Positions 26,346 through 39,899 of a stretch of DNA of 64,000 nucleotides are shown here, one piece after another (within the stretch, counting starts at the first letter, position 1; every line of letters begins with the position of its first letter). The stretch is from Balanoglossus misakiensis (lineage: Eukaryota; Animalia; Hemichordata): positions 19,628,303 to 19,692,302 of the forward strand of contig CM082577.2 in assembly GCA_040954595.2 (NCBI GenBank), in the 5' to 3' direction. Under the pieces are notes generated by a model that was not told the origin of the DNA, ran no database searches, and saw only the letters and a list, made by a program, of their open reading frames with translations. The translations under genes were made by a program, and so were the position numbers.

Positions 26346-26437
26346 CTCACTAAGATTATCAGGATTTGCCCTGACAAGCCTCTCTGCAACATTCAAACAG
26401 GCTTCAACTCTGTCTGGCTCATCTTGTGATAGGAGAC
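26346..26437 (-). CDS. TELO2: TELO2 exon (LLSQDEPDRVEACLNVAERLVRANPDNLSE)
   Basis: ttttAG/GTaaaa; in the Tel2 conserved region; phases fit. Confidence 0.88.
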
Positions 26438-27713
26438 CTAAAAATGAGGTGACTGAATTTATTGCATGTAAAATGGCAGCATCTTTGCACATTTAATATA
26501 TATATATATATATATATACAAGTCAAATTTCAACATCTGGGAGGCAAAAATGTAAATACCTTATGTGTCAAAATAGGAAACGTATATACCATCCACACGA
26601 ATATGGTACTATACCGTACAATATGATACAGGTACTGGATCTGGTACATGTACACTTGTACAGTTTGATATAGTACGGTACGTTACGTATACAGTTGATC
26701 TGGTAATATTTGACATAGACCCACAGTCTACCATTCGGACATATCAAACTCAACTATAGGACAGCCAAAACGACTTTAATTACTAGTGCTTAATAAATGT
26801 TTAACATCCCTGTAGTGCTGATATTTAATCCCTTTCATGTTCTGATGATATGACGACCAAACTCGCTATAAAATACCCACGTTCTAGTAAAGTCAACATG
26901 TCTAGTAATCCGACAACCGAATCCTTATCAAGTTTGATGTTATTGAGACAGTTGAAAACTGCAATGTCAGTTATAGCAATCAACAGAGGCACTGAATGTT
27001 GTTGTCTAAAGAATGTAACTCTTAAAGCGAACTGCACAGAATGAGTTCTGTTAATTAGAGTTATGTAATACAGCCCCCGAGACCTCGAGAGCTGATACTC
27101 CGCCAATACCCAACACAACACCCCCAGCCATAGCAACGGGTCTACGTCGGTCCACAAGATTAACCAACACGCCTGCATGGCACAAGGACTACTCTATGAG
27201 ATAGTCATCACATTGTTATATCGTTATTTTGACATTTGTTCATGTACATGGGATTATCATCCTATTTGTTACATTGACGTTTTTTCACTTGCATAAATTA
27301 AACATTTTTCAGCCTTTATTCATGAGCATGAAAAAGACTCGGAGGGAGATAGAGAACATTAAGTCACAGCAGATAGACAATTCTTGTGTTAATGCGCATA
27401 CACGACCATGATGCATTGCAAGACACTCTCACATTTCCAACTGTACTTGCTCTGTACTTGTTTAGTTATTGTTGTCGCATAAAGTGATCAAACAAATAGA
27501 ATCGTGTTCTTATTTAACTGTCAAGTGTGAATTCCCAGGTATCAGGTGTGAACAAAAGTCAAGGTTCATCAACGTGTATATATAGCTTGCGTAAAGTTAC
27601 AATAAAGTAGACTTGAATTTGGTATCAACACCACGCGCATCTCGTCTCATTTCCCGGCCATTCGTCCCTCTCCACTCCCCGAACCTTTCCCAAAGTGTAC
27701 GCCGTACATTTTT

Positions 27714-27731
27714 TGGTGCCGAGACCAGGAT
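27714..27731 (+). other. Primer-binding site (tRNA-His-like) after the putative 5' LTR end ...TACA at 27708
   Basis: tggtgccgagaccaggat resembles the complement of the tRNA-His 3' end (TGGTGCCGTGACTCGGAT). Confidence 0.7.
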
Positions 27732-30700
27732 GGAGAAGGACAAGTGCAGCAGAAGGGGCCACTGCAGTCAGATGACTAAACTTATTCTCAAGGCTGAAGA
27801 CATCGCCTCGACCAAGACACCGCTAGAACAGGACCAGTTCATGGTTCTGGAAGCGACCACCAGGCTGGAAAAGATCAAAGTTCTGGACGAGAAAATTTTC
27901 GACGAGCTTGATGGTGACGATTACGACAAAGAGTTCGCGGTAGCCGACGACTACCGCATAGAGATCTACGAGAAGTTGGTGAAGTTTAAGAAGTTCTTAC
28001 AACAGACTTCACGACACCCAACACAAGCTGGGCCAGCCCTTGGGAGCAGCCAAGTAAGTCTCTTTTCCATTTTAAGTCAGTCTTCAAGAAAGGTCAACCT
28101 GCCGAAGCTGACACTGGCTCCATTTAGCGGAGACATTCTCACATGGCAGTGCTTCAAAGACGGGTTTGATGCTGCCATACACAAAGACACTGGTTTGGAT
28201 GACATCCAAAAGTTCCAGTATTTAAGGGCTCACCTTAGCGGTGAAGCAGAGAGAACCATCCGGCGGTTACCTTTGACCAGTGACCACTATATCGAGGCGA
28301 TTGAGCTACTGACCGAGCGCTATGGTCAACCACAGAAGATCACCAGCGCTTACATGAAGGCTCTGCGGCGACTAGAGAAACCCATAAGAACACTGAACAG
28401 TCTGATAACTTTTTATGACTCCTTGGAAAGTTACATCCGTGGATTGAACGCTCTCGGGAAATCTGAGGACAGCTACGGGGATCTCTTGGTCCCAGTTATC
28501 CTCGAGAAATTGCCGGCTGAAATGCGGAGACAGATTTCACGAGACAACGTGAATGGACGTTGAAGAGTCTCCGTGAAGCTATTCATCGAGAGATACTTGC
28601 TGGCAGAGCTGCTGAGCCCACCACCAACATAGAGCGTGAACACTCAGAACATCTACCAGCCACTGCTGCATTTCTCACAACTACCCGTCAACGACCAAGA
28701 AGACAGCCGGCACCAAAGTGTGCATTCTGTAAGGAGGGTGGGCACAAGCCAGCCAACTGTCTGGTTGTCACAGACAAATCCAGACGGCTGGAAATTGTCA
28801 GAATTAGAGACAAACTGTGCTACAACTGTCTCGGTGCCCACTGTGCTTCAGATTGCAAGTCAAAATTCAAGTGTCAGATTTGCCAGCGGAGGCATCACAC
28901 CACGATTTGCACGGAGGAGACCAGGAGACCGGATCCAGTGACGACAAGGAACGACGATGTCCGCGCATTCGTATCAGCTGATAGCAGCCAGAATTCGCCG
29001 GTGCTGCAGTAGCAGACGTCAGCGCCAAGGGCTCCAGGACATCAGAATCAGCGACGCTATTGTTTGACGATGGTTCCCAAAGACACAGCGAGAACAATCA
29101 GCATAGACATTGACAATTGCGACTCAACGTCTCCACACTTGGAGCAAAATCCACTGAAGATTGCAGAAGTCACAGTAATTATACCAAAGAATTCCAATGT
29201 CAATATACGTGCTTTGATTGTACCTCAAATTACAACACCACTCAGAAATTGTTTAAGGTCTGATGCTAGTTTTGCCAGGTTGCCATACTTGCAGGGTTTA
29301 GAATAAGCACATCCTGTGTCTGATGCTCATAATTTTGAGGTTTCTATTCTTGTCGGGGCTGACTACTACTATTCATTTGCAGGTGATCATGTTATTCAGG
29401 GAGGGGGACCCACACCAGTGTCCTCTAAATTGGGGTACCATATTTGTTATCTGGGCCCTTGCCATCCCCCAACATCTCCCATTCCACTTCCACTGTTATG
29501 CATGTTGCCACTCACACGGCCAGCGAAGAGAGCTTACTGCAAAACTTTTGGAATGTCGAAAGCATCGGGATTACCGATCATCCCGACCAGCGCGAGGTTA
29601 CCTACGATAGTTATACGAAAACGCACCTTCGTTTAGAGAATGATCGCTACGTCGCTAAACACGAGAATCACGACCGGTTACCGACAAATAGAAACGTTTG
29701 TTATGGTCAAACGAATTACGCCGGAAATTAGACAGGTTTACAATCGGCTTATCAAAGATCAGTTAGCACGCAGCTTCATAGAAAAGGTCCCTGATGATGA
29801 TGTGACTTCAGGTCATTATCTCCAACATCATCCCGTCAAGAAAGACTCAGAGACTACACCTATAAGAATAGTCTACGACTGTAGCTGTAAGGGTGGAAAT
29901 AACCCTAGCTTGAATGACTGCTTAGACACTGGTCCGTCGTTGTTAAATGATCTCGCTTCCATCATCTTATGCTTTCGCATGCACAAATTTGGCATTTCCG
30001 CAGATATCGAGAAAGTGTTCCTGCATGTAGGTCTCGATGAATCCGATCGCGACTTTACCAAGTTCATGTGGTTCTCTAATCCGCACGATCCGAATAGTCA
30101 TTTCGAGATCTACCGCTTTAAGGTCGTCCTCTTTGGCGCCGCGTGTTCACCATTCATTTTGATTGCTACTGTTCCATCTAGAAAGCGATGGTTCTGAAAC
30201 CGCCGCGGATCTTAGTAGAAATATCTACGCAGATAATGTACTGAGCGGACACGACTCTGCGGATAAATTAGTGAGCTAGTACGGAGAGACCCTGAATAAC
30301 ATGAAATCGAGTGGCTTCAACCTCCGCAAATGGGCCACAAATTGCGCAGATTTGAGAGAGATCGCCGAGAACGCGAACATTTCATGTTCAGATACAGTAG
30401 CTAGTGTTCTTGGCTTACGCTGGGACACCGAATCAGATTTACTCAGCTACGCGAGAAAACAGTCCAGTCGTGCAACTGAGACAGAGCCACTCGCTACCGA
30501 ACGCGAAGTCATCAGCGCAACAGCTAGTTTATACGACCCGCTCGGTTTCATTGCGCCTGTCCACGTCAACACAAAAATCTTGGTCCAGAAATTGTGGAAG
30601 GCTCAACTTCAATGGGACGAGCCATTGCCTGATGAATGGATCAAAATATACCGTAAATTAGAATCAATTGGTTACCCACACCCAAATTCCGCGTCGTCCT

Positions 30701-31443
30701 TTCACTTCAATCGCCGAAGGAAGCGCCTTCCAGTTACATGTATTCTCCGACACTAGCACGAAGGCCTACGGCGCCGCAGTTTATTTAAGCCATATGAATT
30801 CAGGTGAAACTGCGCTTATTATGTCTAAGAGTAGGGTGACTCCAGTCAAATCTATGACTATCCCACGCGCCGAACTTATGGGAGCTTTATTAGGTTCGCA
30901 TCTCTTGAAGTTTGTTCACGCCAGCCTCAAGGAACAAACCAGTATCGACAAGTGCTATATATGGTCGGACAGCCAAACCATGCTGCACTGGTTACGTAGC
31001 AACAAGAAATTGTCTTGTTTTGTGAATAATAGAATAACAGAGATAAGGGCAAACGCAGTCATCAGTGAATTTAAATACTGTCCTACGTCTGACAATCCTG
31101 CTAACATACTATCTCGCGGTATCCAATCGGATCAACTCTGTGACAATACTTTGTGGTGGCACGGAGATTGGCATGTGTGCGAAATCTTCGACAGTTAGGT
31201 CTTACACATCATCAGCGCAATCGATCGGTGTGAACAACTACTTCAGAAATACTGGATCCCGATGGATGTGTTGTGTGTAAACTTGTGTGCGGCAAACCAT
31301 ACAGAAAGCCGATCCCCGCACCACTGCAAAGTTTCCGTCTACGCGACACACCACCCTTTACCGGTACTGGTGTTTATTTTACAGGTGCGGTATATGTTTC
31401 GTCAAGTCGTTCTAACACTGAGCGAAAGGTTTATATTTGCCTA

Positions 31444-31757
31444 TTATATTATACCAGTATATTGATGGTGTAAATCAGGCTATTTGATTGGTCGAGACAC
31501 GACACGTGACCGTGATATATTAGCCATATACCACAGTCATATATCATAGTTAAAGAAAATGCCTTTTTAAAATGTTTTATGCAAAGTTTCAATATACTGG
31601 CATAATATAATAGCAATAAAACACCCCCAGCCATGGTATACCACTCGATTTTGACCAGTTCAACTCCATATACGCACTCGCTATCGCTCGTGCGTATATG
31701 TCGTGAACTGGTCAAAATCTCGTGATATACCATGGCTGGGGGTGTTTTATTGCTTAA
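31444..31757. mobile_element. 314-bp foldback-terminated insertion in the BEL integrase
   Basis: Removal restores KVYICL|FTCAVTRAIHLELV; hairpin about 31613-31753. Confidence 0.88.
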
Positions 31758-34478
31758 TTCACGTGCGCCGTTACTCGAGCAATACATCTAGAATTAGTGT
31801 CAGATCTCACGACTGAGACTTTTCCGCGTGCATTTAGGAGATTCGCTGCCAGACGCTCACTTCCCCGTAGAATTATTTCCGACAACGGGTCCACATATCT
31901 GTCTGCTGCTAATGAAATTTCAAAACTGCTAAGTTCAAGTTCAGTGCAGAACTACTTCGCAAATTGTCGTGTTGAGTGGTCATTCATACCAAAACGGGCT
32001 CCTTGGTTTGGGGGATTTTGGGAAAGGCTCATTGGTATGACTAAGACTTCCCTTAGAAAGGTTCTTGGACGCACTTTTGTGTCTGCAGATGAATTGTAGA
32101 CCGTACTGGCCGAGATTGAAGCCACTTTGAATGACCGACCACTGACCTATCTCTCTTCTGATTCAAGCGACCTACTCCCTCTAACCCCTTCACATTTGCT
32201 ACATTGCCGTCCCATAACGACATTGCCATATTTTTCTATTGATGAGGATGAGCTTAATGATCCAACCTTTGGTAATCATGAGAATCTCCAAAGGAGATCA
32301 GAGTATTTAGCTAAGATTCACAACCAGTTTTGGAAGAGGTGGGCCCAAGAATATCTTAACACTTTAAGTGAACAAGATAGAACTTCAGGGAAGGGGGCCC
32401 TGCATAATCAAATTCGGGTTGGGGATGTAGTTTTGGTAGAGGATAAATCCGTACCACGGATAAGATGGTCCCTAGCTGTGATCAATAGCCTAAACAAGGG
32501 AAATGATGGTTTAGAAAGTTCTGCTATTATCAGAACACGCACTGGTACAACTAGTACACCAATTACAAAGTTGTATCCCTTAGAGATAAATTCAATATCT
32601 GGAAATTCTCAAGCCATCGAGGTCGCACGTTCAAATAACAGTGACGAGACAGTCAAGAGACCAGTCCGTGCAGCGGCTGTAATAGCCCGCCAACACCTCA
32701 GAGAATTGTCGAACCCCTACCATGATATGTAACTTTCTTAGAGCATTCATTTCTTGTTGAAATAACTTTGAGAATTCGAATGGTTCATTTCATTGTATTT
32801 CGAGAATTTGTTCACACCTGTTGTCACATGATTTATTAGTTTACTGATGTGATCGTAGATTTCAGATTTCATTTTTATTTTCGAACTTGTCAGCTGTTTA
32901 GACAGGTTTTCTGAGTTTATTGTTGTGTTTGTAGTCCAGATTTCATTTATTTCGAGATTGTCACCTGTTATCACCAGGTTTTTCTTATTTTATTGATGTG
33001 CTTGCTTCTTTTATTGAAGTTTATGAAATTAACAAAGTACATGTGTATTTTCAGAAGTCTTAAGAAGCCAATCCCATTAACTTACAACTCAAATTTTAAA
33101 GTAATCAGCCATACACTTCCTGTGAAATATAATTTTTTTTATCAAAATTGGAAAATATGCCCCAAAATAGAAGATATTGCCCCCACAAAACATTGACACT
33201 TTCATCATAGGTTTTGTAAATCATCATGAGAACACACCTTGGAACCTTCAAATCAAATTTCAAAGCAATGGGGTAGAGGGTTCTGAGAAAGAGTTTTGAC
33301 CAAAAATGGCAAAAATCACCCCAAAAATATACTATTGGGGCTTGCCGCGCGTGAATAATAATTGACCTGAGCAGACAATGCATGCTTTGGGCTGATGTGC
33401 TATTTATTTACAAGATGAAATCGGGCACTACCACCCAAGTTTGACCATATGGCCAGGGCTTTGAAATAATAGGACTAGTTTCAAGTTGTGAATGTTTGCG
33501 GTATTAATTTTCTCATGAATATTCACGCAACCTGAGTACTCAGGCAACCTTGCCTGACCTTACATGTGTGAGAGCATGACAAAGACGCACTTGGACTAAA
33601 CCACTATATGTCAGTAGATTTTGTTGTTCAGCGAGCATACTGTAATGCTGCTCGTAGTATTCACTTCGTTGACAACTTTTTATTTCTGGAATATTGATTA
33701 GACAATACATTGAACTGGCTGTATTTGAAAAGAAATTGTTAAAACTTTACATATGAATTTGAAACCATCAAGCCATTCATTCACTGCGGACACCCCCTTA
33801 CGAGAACACTGATTGGAACGTCCCAAAGTCATTTGCATATGAATCAACAGGGTATAGGGGGGGGGGGGCGATCAAGGAATAAGTGTCACAGATTTTTGAA
33901 AAGGCAAATTCCTGCCTTTGTTTAGGCGCCACCAAAATTTGAAATGGTTGAAAAGTGGCGCTTAAATGCAGGAATTTACAGTACATGCATACCAATTTTC
34001 AAATCAATATGACCAGGGGTTGTTGAGTTTTTGACCAAATTTAGGTTTATTAAATAACCAAATGGGACCTAAAAATAAGTGCTGTTCCGATTACATGGTT
34101 TTCAAAAATAGGGTAGGTAGGTAGGATTTTTTTTTTATTTTGCAATTTTTTTATTTCTCTGGCCACCAGTATAAAAGAATTACGTCATAGTTGTTGCTTG
34201 ATGCGTGCGATTTCGTCATAATTCTCGCGTGATTCGCGCAATTTTCAAAAATATTGTATATCATTAGTTTTCAGTCCAGGTTTACGAAGCTCTAAAAAAT
34301 TTAGGGTCGGCGGGTTAAAATTAGGGGAGGTCGAGTAATTAGAACAGCAGATATTTTTTTATTTGGCCTTTAATTAAATTCTGAAAATTTTGTCAAATGC
34401 ATAGCATATGAAACAATTTATATTGTATGATTTTAATTATAAAATATAAGTATTTATAAAAGGTTAAACATTGTTAAT

Positions 34479-34590
34479 CTTTACAGCCCTGATATGGGTT
34501 TTGCGGCCCGAGTTCGTACGGCGGAAGCCGGTCGGGCGCGAATCGCCGAACGACCGAGGTGCCGCAAAACACGTATCTGGGCCGTAAAGG
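34479..34590 (+). repeat. Foldback with GA/GA mismatch on the + strand
   Basis: ctttacagccc.gata.g.gttttgcggc / gccgcaaaac.cgtatc.gggccgtaaag; ccgag in both arms. Confidence 0.7.
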
Positions 34591-35017
34591 TTTTATCATA
34601 TGCCTTATTGAACAATAATCACCAAAAAATTAATAAAATACACATTCTGTAATATTTTGGAATGTAAATATTACATTTTTATCTATCGTTTTGAAATGAT
34701 CAATCGCGTAGCATAGAGCCGTATTCCTCTAGTTCTTGCGGATTGATATGCATTATGTCATTTGTTTACATTCTATTGCACGTGAGATATAGACGCGCTT
34801 GAACTCACGCAGCTGAGCGCAAGCGTAACGATCGACGCCGACAGTCACACATTAATCAGATCAAATCATCAATATTACTAAGATATATCTCCAAATAAAG
34901 CTCTACAACATGCAACGATTACGGGAGATGATGGGATTCGGTAGCGGCATCACCATAGGACGTACACACACTGCAAGTGCAACACCAGTCACTGACACTG
35001 CACCAGAAAAAATTTAA

Positions 35018-35286
35018 GGTGGCATTGCATGAAACTGTCGAGGCCTGTTTCTCATCAAAGACAACGTTAAAACCCCCAGTTTTTGAACTTTTGTTTGAGA
35101 TGCCATTTGCATTGTTGACACCTATTTGTTAAGCTGTGAACACATTCAGAAAAGTGCTATTTTTGGGTGATTATGCACCATTTCCGCCAAGACGTATTAG
35201 TCAGGATGTGGATCAGTATTAGGCCTAACGATTTATGTAAAAAAGTAAAATTTGGCAAAAATCACAACTTTTCATGCAATGCCACC
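35018..35286. mobile_element. TTAA-flanked MITE (Kolobok-like)
   Basis: ttaa-ggtggcattgcatgaaa...tttcatgcaatgccacc-ttaa. Confidence 0.7.
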
Positions 35287-36198
35287 TTAATTCAGAAAGT
35301 AGCAATGACAACTTTCAAATCTCGCGCAATAAACTCAAAACTAGATCCGGATATCGAACGCGTCTTCCAAATATGGTCACCGTGCCGGGGCGTGATAAGC
35401 AAAAAAACTGCACGGATGTAAGGGCGCTTTTTTCCATAGACTTACATGGGCACGTGGATCTAGGCATATGATAATAGGTCTAATTTCAGTGACTGAAATC
35501 AGAACTCACAGCTCCGGGTTCTGAAACTTCAGAGGGCTCTGAAAAGTCAACTCTACCAGTAGATTACAGTAGTTAATTTTGTACTGCTTGTACCGCACCA
35601 ACTGTATTGAACCGTACCGCATTAAATCCGTGCCGTACAGTATCAAATCCATACTGAACAGGACCCAAGCCATACCGTACTGTTCACATACTTTATGGCA
35701 TGCAGGTATTCATTTCTGAGAAATAACTTTAACCTCTGTCATGATATAACCAAAAAAAACCCAACAATATGGGACTTTGAAGTTGCTGTGAGCCTATGAG
35801 GGAACTAAAGGATTTCAAGCTTTCACCTCTAGGGGCACTATTATTTTAGCTTGAAGTGCGGGCTTGGCTACCATGCACAGAAATAATCACTAGGGAATAA
35901 TATAAACTTTGTCTCTGTAACCCAATAATCTATATATTGAGTTGTTCTGTTGTCACCACAAGCCTTGCATTATGCCAAACTTGTATTGTAAAGTATCTGG
36001 TTGTAATTGCAGCTTCAAAAAAGCTGACAAAGCAAAAGATAACCAACGATCAACGATCACCTTCCACCCATTCTCTCATGCTACGAAAGAACTGCTTATT
36101 AAGAAGTGAGATCAACATGGTTAATGGTGGGTACGACATGATCTGAGCTGGGTATCCAACCATTTTTTACTTTGTAATTAACTGAAAACAACATGTAC

Positions 36199-36287
36199 CT
36201 TCCATGCACTCTCTGATATACATAGGCTGCTTTCCTTTGATAATATTGGTATCAGCTGCCAAATCAAATGGTTCAATATCATCATCA
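36199..36287 (-). CDS. TELO2: TELO2 exon (DDDIEPFDLAADTNIIKGKQPMYIRECME)
   Basis: tacAG/GTacat; resembles DDEFVPYDM...PAYVRDCVE. Confidence 0.92.
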
Positions 36288-36818
36288 CTGTAAATTAAAA
36301 TAATAATTTCTCTGTAGATAAATCAAGAACTGTTTATTTAGACCATTCTGCTGTCAATAAAATTCCCAAAAAGAATTATAATTAAACACAATCAAGTATC
36401 CCTTAATGGCCCAAACAAAAACCTGTATACCCCATTTCAAAGCTGTCAAGAAAACATTTTTGAGAAAAAGATGTCCAAAAAAAGTGGCAAAAGTTGTACA
36501 TTTTGACAAAATTTGATCAAATATGACTATTTTGAAGGGTTATCCATAATGGTGAGTGTATCCAAAATCTCAAATTTGTTGTTTTGGGGATTTTTAAAAG
36601 CAAGAAAATGAGAGGGGTTGACAAACATTGATGACAGATAAGTTCCATGTCACTGACAGTTGAGTTAGAAATGATCCCAAATCACAAAATTGTGTATATT
36701 TTATCTTACAAGCAATGTTTGATGTGACTTATTCTGAGACTAAAAATAGTAAATTTTACCCCTCCCCTCATAATAAAAAATTGCAGATTTCATCACAATC
36801 TAAAGAACTCCAGCTCAC

Positions 36819-36926
36819 CTGTCCAATTCATCTCCATTAACACATCGTCTGTCAGGCATTGGTTGCTCATTATCATTTGTTTGTCTGTGACTATATTCTT
36901 CTTCCAGATAAAAATCAGAAAACACT
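36819..36926 (-). CDS. TELO2: TELO2 linker exon (VFSDFYLEEE...GDELD)
   Basis: tttcAG/GTgag, 108 nt, phase 2/2; supplies ELDS of the ELDSDDD motif. Confidence 0.8.
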
Positions 36927-37656
36927 CTGAAATTACCAAAAAACAGTCTGAGCGAAAGAAGGCGAATGCAATTTTTACACCGTCATTACTCCACAACGGA
37001 GCGGCTCACAACATTAAAATTTCACGGTAACTTAGTTCAATATCTTCCTAACCTACCCAATTTTTTTCAAGACAAGAAATCTTTTCCGTGAGTCAGGGAC
37101 CACAATTTCAATCAACATACCGAAACTGTCTTTCTCGGGAACGCGTTGTTAAAACTTCACGAAAAATCATCCTATCATTGACTGTGGTGTTTCATACACG
37201 TCTTAGAAAAATGGATGCACTACAATCATTTGTAGTACCGAAAATCTCCGTTTGAAAATTTTTCGAACTGGCCGTAACTGCCACTCAGTGACGTTCACAT
37301 TCAAATAGATCCCTTTGATCTCGCCGCCTTAATGACCCTCCCTGCGACCAGACTGTAACTATAAACACTGAATCAGCTTTTTTGTCCAAAGTTGCCCATG
37401 TATAAACTAGCCTACTTGTTGAATGACACTAACTTATCTCCATACTTTTAATACTGAAATCTCTGACATTCAATTCATTATTGCATGTTCCCCACATTAC
37501 ACAAACCTGGCCATATTTGGTAGATTTATCTGCACAGTAGACGAGTTATTTTGTTTTGAGATTCTTCCCATGTACTCAATAGCACAGAGCCTTCTATATT
37601 ATGGTAATGCTCTTCATTTTTTGTGCAAGACAAAACTATATTTACCATCACCTCAC

Positions 37657-37873
37657 CTCTCTATTTCTTTGAGACCAGGATCTGTTGGTGGTGTCAGCAA
37701 TGATAAAAGTAGGTCGGTTTCTTCATCATGTTGGTATTCAAATTTTAACTGTGACTCAGCTGGGTTAATAAGTTGAGTCAGTGATTCTGCCACAATCATG
37801 CCGAGTCTCCTTACATTCATGACGGCACTGTCCAAATGACACTGCATACCATTCATTAGTTTTCTTATGAACG
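37657..37873 (-). CDS. TELO2: TELO2 exon (FIRKLMNGMQCHLDSAVMNVRRLGMIVAE...LKFEY...)
   Basis: VRRLGMIVAE is a highly conserved Tel2 motif; tttAG/GTgag. Confidence 0.95.
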
Positions 37874-38281
37874 CTAAAAGTTTACAACAGTACATGTATT
37901 GGTTAGTCATAAAAACCTGTAATGTGCGGAAGAGCCGGTTCATTTCCCAGGCTCTACTGCTTGATCAAGACAATGCCTGAAGGCCTTGGGAAGTAGACCA
38001 TTTTGATGTGACTCACAGGGACACAGACATCATGTTGTTTCCAAAATAGCCATTTTTGTAACACCACATGGAATTTACGTTTGCACAAGTTTGGCTACAA
38101 CACAAAAGCATATCCTCATTTCAGATTTTTTTTACACAGAAAAAAGATTACAGGTGACATAGCTTTATGTTGTTTTAGAATGTGTGGCTTCTTCATGAAT
38201 TTGTCAGTGATAAATCATTGCAGTTAACACAGTATCAATACAGATGGACAGTTGCAATAAGAAACATAATTGTATACTTGC

Positions 38282-38426
38282 CTTCTTTGTTGTATGTTCT
38301 CAACTCTCCCTCATTGATATGTCCTAGACCAACAAGAATAGCTTTTGTGATGTACAAATGTTGTTCATATGATGTGTGTCTCAAAGCACTGCCATCACCC
38401 CAAACATCAAACAATGTCTTCAGCGT
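38282..38426 (-). CDS. TELO2: TELO2 exon (TLKTLFDVWGDGSALRHTSYEQHLYITKAIL...NKE) with GC donor
   Basis: WGDGSALRHT resembles WGSSSAIRHT; ttcAG acceptor; donor AAG|GCAAGT is required for frame. Confidence 0.9.
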
Positions 38427-39899
38427 CTGAAAACAAATAAATCAAAGCAAACCTTAAATGCAATGGCCATCAACAGTACCTGCCACACCGACTCATCCAA
38501 ATCAATGTGTCAGGTTATTTGGTCCCCTACTTTGCACATCAACATGAGAGAACACAGTGAATTTGTTCAACTATGGCATTATTGCTCATTGTATGATATG
38601 AACAATGGTAGGAAATGCATTGATTTTGACAAAAAGTTTGCAAGTTTGCTTTGGCAAAATTGTGTTTGAATTACCAATAAACAGCTTCTAATCAAGCTAC
38701 TGGTAGATGCCTTCATTTGAAGTCTGTAATGTGGACAATAATTGAAGAAGACTCATGAGAATACCAGTAGCTGTGAAAAGCTATTGAATGACAATTGTAA
38801 CAATACAGGTTCAATAACATACCTACTGTTGAGACCTATGGTGTTCAATTATTCAATAACTCTGTACTATGCATTTTGCAAAATACTGTAAACATGCAAA
38901 TATTTGACATTTTCACCTTCAATGTGCTCAAGGAGAATGAGCGTATTTTAGTGATATCTGGAATCATTTTGAATCACTTAGTTTTGTTAAAATGCATTAA
39001 CCTACTACAAGTTCACCATCAAGTACCATATTGGCCATTGGTCATGCAATATTCTGTAACCATTCTTGAAATTTTAATGCCATTATAATTCTACCCCCCC
39101 CCCTTTTTTTTTGGGGGGGGGGGGATCATTTTTTATTTCAACTCTGGAAGTTTGACCATGAATGAAAACCACAATTTCTCCAACTTTGGAACCTCCCTAC
39201 TTTTGCAATAATTTCCACACGCAAGCACCAAACTCTTAGGAAACTCAACCCTTTCTAACATTTCATACACAAGCTGCATACTCCCTTGATCCCTACTGTT
39301 GTTATCTTTCAAGTCCAGAAAAATGTTATGCTTCCTCTACTTACTGTTATGGCACTTCTCAATATTCTCACACGGTGGAAAGTTGTTCTCTACGAACCAC
39401 TGTCAATGAATTTTCAATTGGTCGGCACCTGATTATATCAACAATGTCAGCCAATAAAACCCATGGGACCATTACTCAAAGTCATTAAGCCATGCAAAAC
39501 TACTTTTATGTATACGTCGTAACTAAAAAATGAGATAGCGACGCAACTCAGACTGTGAGGTAAATTAAAGGATATTGATGGTGGAAAAGTTCATTTTACT
39601 TATCGATTAGTTAGCGGTTACATTTTGCCTGGTCAGCATGAATCATTATTAGGCCTGAACACTACCTTCATTGGAAGGGTCAATGGCCATTCTGATCTGA
39701 AGGGGGGTCTTGATACCTAGACTCACTTTATTCACTGGTTGCGGCATCTGCGCATGCCTGGCAGTCAAAAACTGTTTCTTTTCTCATAGATATATAACTT
39801 ACAGCCCGAAAGTAACAAAAAAACAAAGGCAGAGTGATTATTCAACCACACTTATGTAGCAATCTTTATTTTTTCCAATAATTCAACAATTTCAAATCA

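Larger units (their letters stand above)
27350..32990 (+). mobile_element. Decayed BEL/Pao LTR retrotransposon (gag, Zn knuckles, RT, RNase H, integrase); outer boundaries approximate
   Basis: LPKLTL..FSGD..W gag (DUF1759-like), CYNCLGAH, HHPVKKDSETTPIRIVYD, ADIEK, YADN, YDPLG, LHVFSD.S.KAYGA, ISDNG, APWFGGFWERL, FWKRW..EYL; many stops and frameshifts; no 3' LTR seen. Confidence 0.93.

Noticed and set aside
32733-33060. 3' LTR of the BEL element
   Set aside because: No repeat of the sequence upstream of 27708 and no clear polypurine tract; replaced by another repeat
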